A stretch of DNA of 64,000 nucleotides from Bacteroidota bacterium. GTDB lineage: Bacteria; Bacteroidota; Bacteroidia; JABEUT01. Position numbers and translations under genes: made by a program. Of this stretch, positions 63,523-64,000 are shown piece by piece. Each line of letters opens with the position of its first letter. Positions within the stretch are counted from its first letter, which is position 1. The DNA lies in contig JABDGY010000003.1 of NCBI GenBank assembly GCA_013285805.1, positions 4,267 through 68,266 on the forward strand, read 5' to 3'. Below the pieces are notes generated by a model. The model saw nothing but the letters and a program-made list of their open reading frames with translations. It was not told where the DNA came from and ran no database searches.

Positions 63523-64000
63523 ACCGTCAGTATTTCTTCTTCTTTTTTCTCGCCATGCTTATCAGCCTGAACAATGAAAGTATCGGTAAGCGTCTGGGCC
63601 TTGGTTTCGCCTTCCTTTACTTCATCTTCAGGAACACCGTCTTTCAGCAAAGCTTTAATAGCCTCGTTGGTATCTCTGCGTAAGTTACGTATAGCCACTT
63701 TGCAGTTTTCTGCTTCAGCCTTAACTTTCTTCACCATCTCTTTCCTTCTTTCCTCGGTAAGGGCAGGTATTGATATACGGATAATTTTCCCATCGTTTTG
63801 AGGGGTGAGCCCGAGGTTTGCCGCCTGTATAGCTCGTTCAATAGGCTCAAGCATGGTTGGTTCCCAAGGCTGTATTACAAGTGTACGGGCATCTTGCGAG
63901 TTAATATTGGCAGTATGGCGCAAAGGTGTACGGTTGCCATAATAGTCTACCATTATATTTTCAAGCATCATAGGGTTTGCCCTGCCTGCACGTATCTTGG
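63519..64000 (-). CDS. frr: Ribosome recycling factor (N-terminus beyond window end)
   Basis: The frame stays open to the window edge. KIRAGRANPMMLENIMVDYYGNRTPL...ISIPALTEERRKEMVK matches the conserved Frr core. Confidence 0.9.
   Translation of the reverse strand, partial: KIRAGRANPMMLENIMVDYYGNRTPLRHTANINSQDARTLVIQPWEPTMLEPIERAIQAANLGLTPQNDGKIIRISIPALTEERRKEMVKKVKAEAENCKVAIRNLRRDTNEAIKALLKDGVPEDEVKEGETKAQTLTDTFIVQADKHGEKKEEEILTV

Noticed and set aside
1-64000. Scan for CRISPR arrays, tRNA/rRNA genes, transposases, integrases, reverse transcriptases, toxin-antitoxin pairs or known defence genes
   Set aside because: None was recognised. There are no regularly spaced 25-40-nt direct repeats, no T-loop GGTTCGAATCC-type motifs in spacers, and no ORF with the corresponding catalytic motifs. 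The window is mostly core metabolism and translation genes.

Overview
This 64-kb chromosomal window looks like a Bacteroidota genome. The evidence is two proteins with T9SS C-terminal sorting domains, TAnnTTTG -7 boxes at the expected distance before many genes, and the gene content. Most of it is tightly packed housekeeping DNA. On the minus strand is the distal half of the NADH dehydrogenase I operon (nuoG-H-I-J-[GxxExxY gene]-K-L-M), followed by a thiolase. Further along are two T9SS-secreted beta-propeller proteins, a nitronate-monooxygenase-like flavoenzyme, an M16 peptidase pair, purD, envelope genes, an MscS channel, rpoN and asnS. A TetR-TolC-MFP-RND efflux operon follows; its pump ORF reads straight into a DUF805 domain. 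After that come ispG, a phospholipid cluster (acyltransferase, pssA, lipid kinase), metH, trpS, four tandem FKBP isomerases, an SRP RNA (ffs) that the ORF track cannot show, bioF-bioD, outer-membrane barrels, rimP-nusA-infB, yggS, dnaG, an EamA transporter and a partial frr. I saw no rRNA, tRNA, CRISPR array, transposase, integrase or recognisable defence gene. I did not find a convincing new multi-gene system. The only accessory-looking stretch is 6.1-9.6 kb. It is a low-coding island between nuoG and the thiolase, holding two uncharacterised envelope genes that share a 90-nt upstream module with 21-bp-spaced direct repeats, plus 1.2 kb with no ORF of 60 aa or more that is built from short dispersed repeats. 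Other signals worth a second look are listed here.
- A GxxExxY nuclease-fold gene flanked by inverted repeats sits inside the nuo operon.
- A structured intergenic repeat family occurs in three copies.
- Heptanucleotide-periodic arrays occupy many spacers.
- The RND pump ORF is fused in frame to DUF805.
- A 10-mer cluster lies at 54.8 kb.
All functional calls rest on motif recognition by eye. No database search was run.
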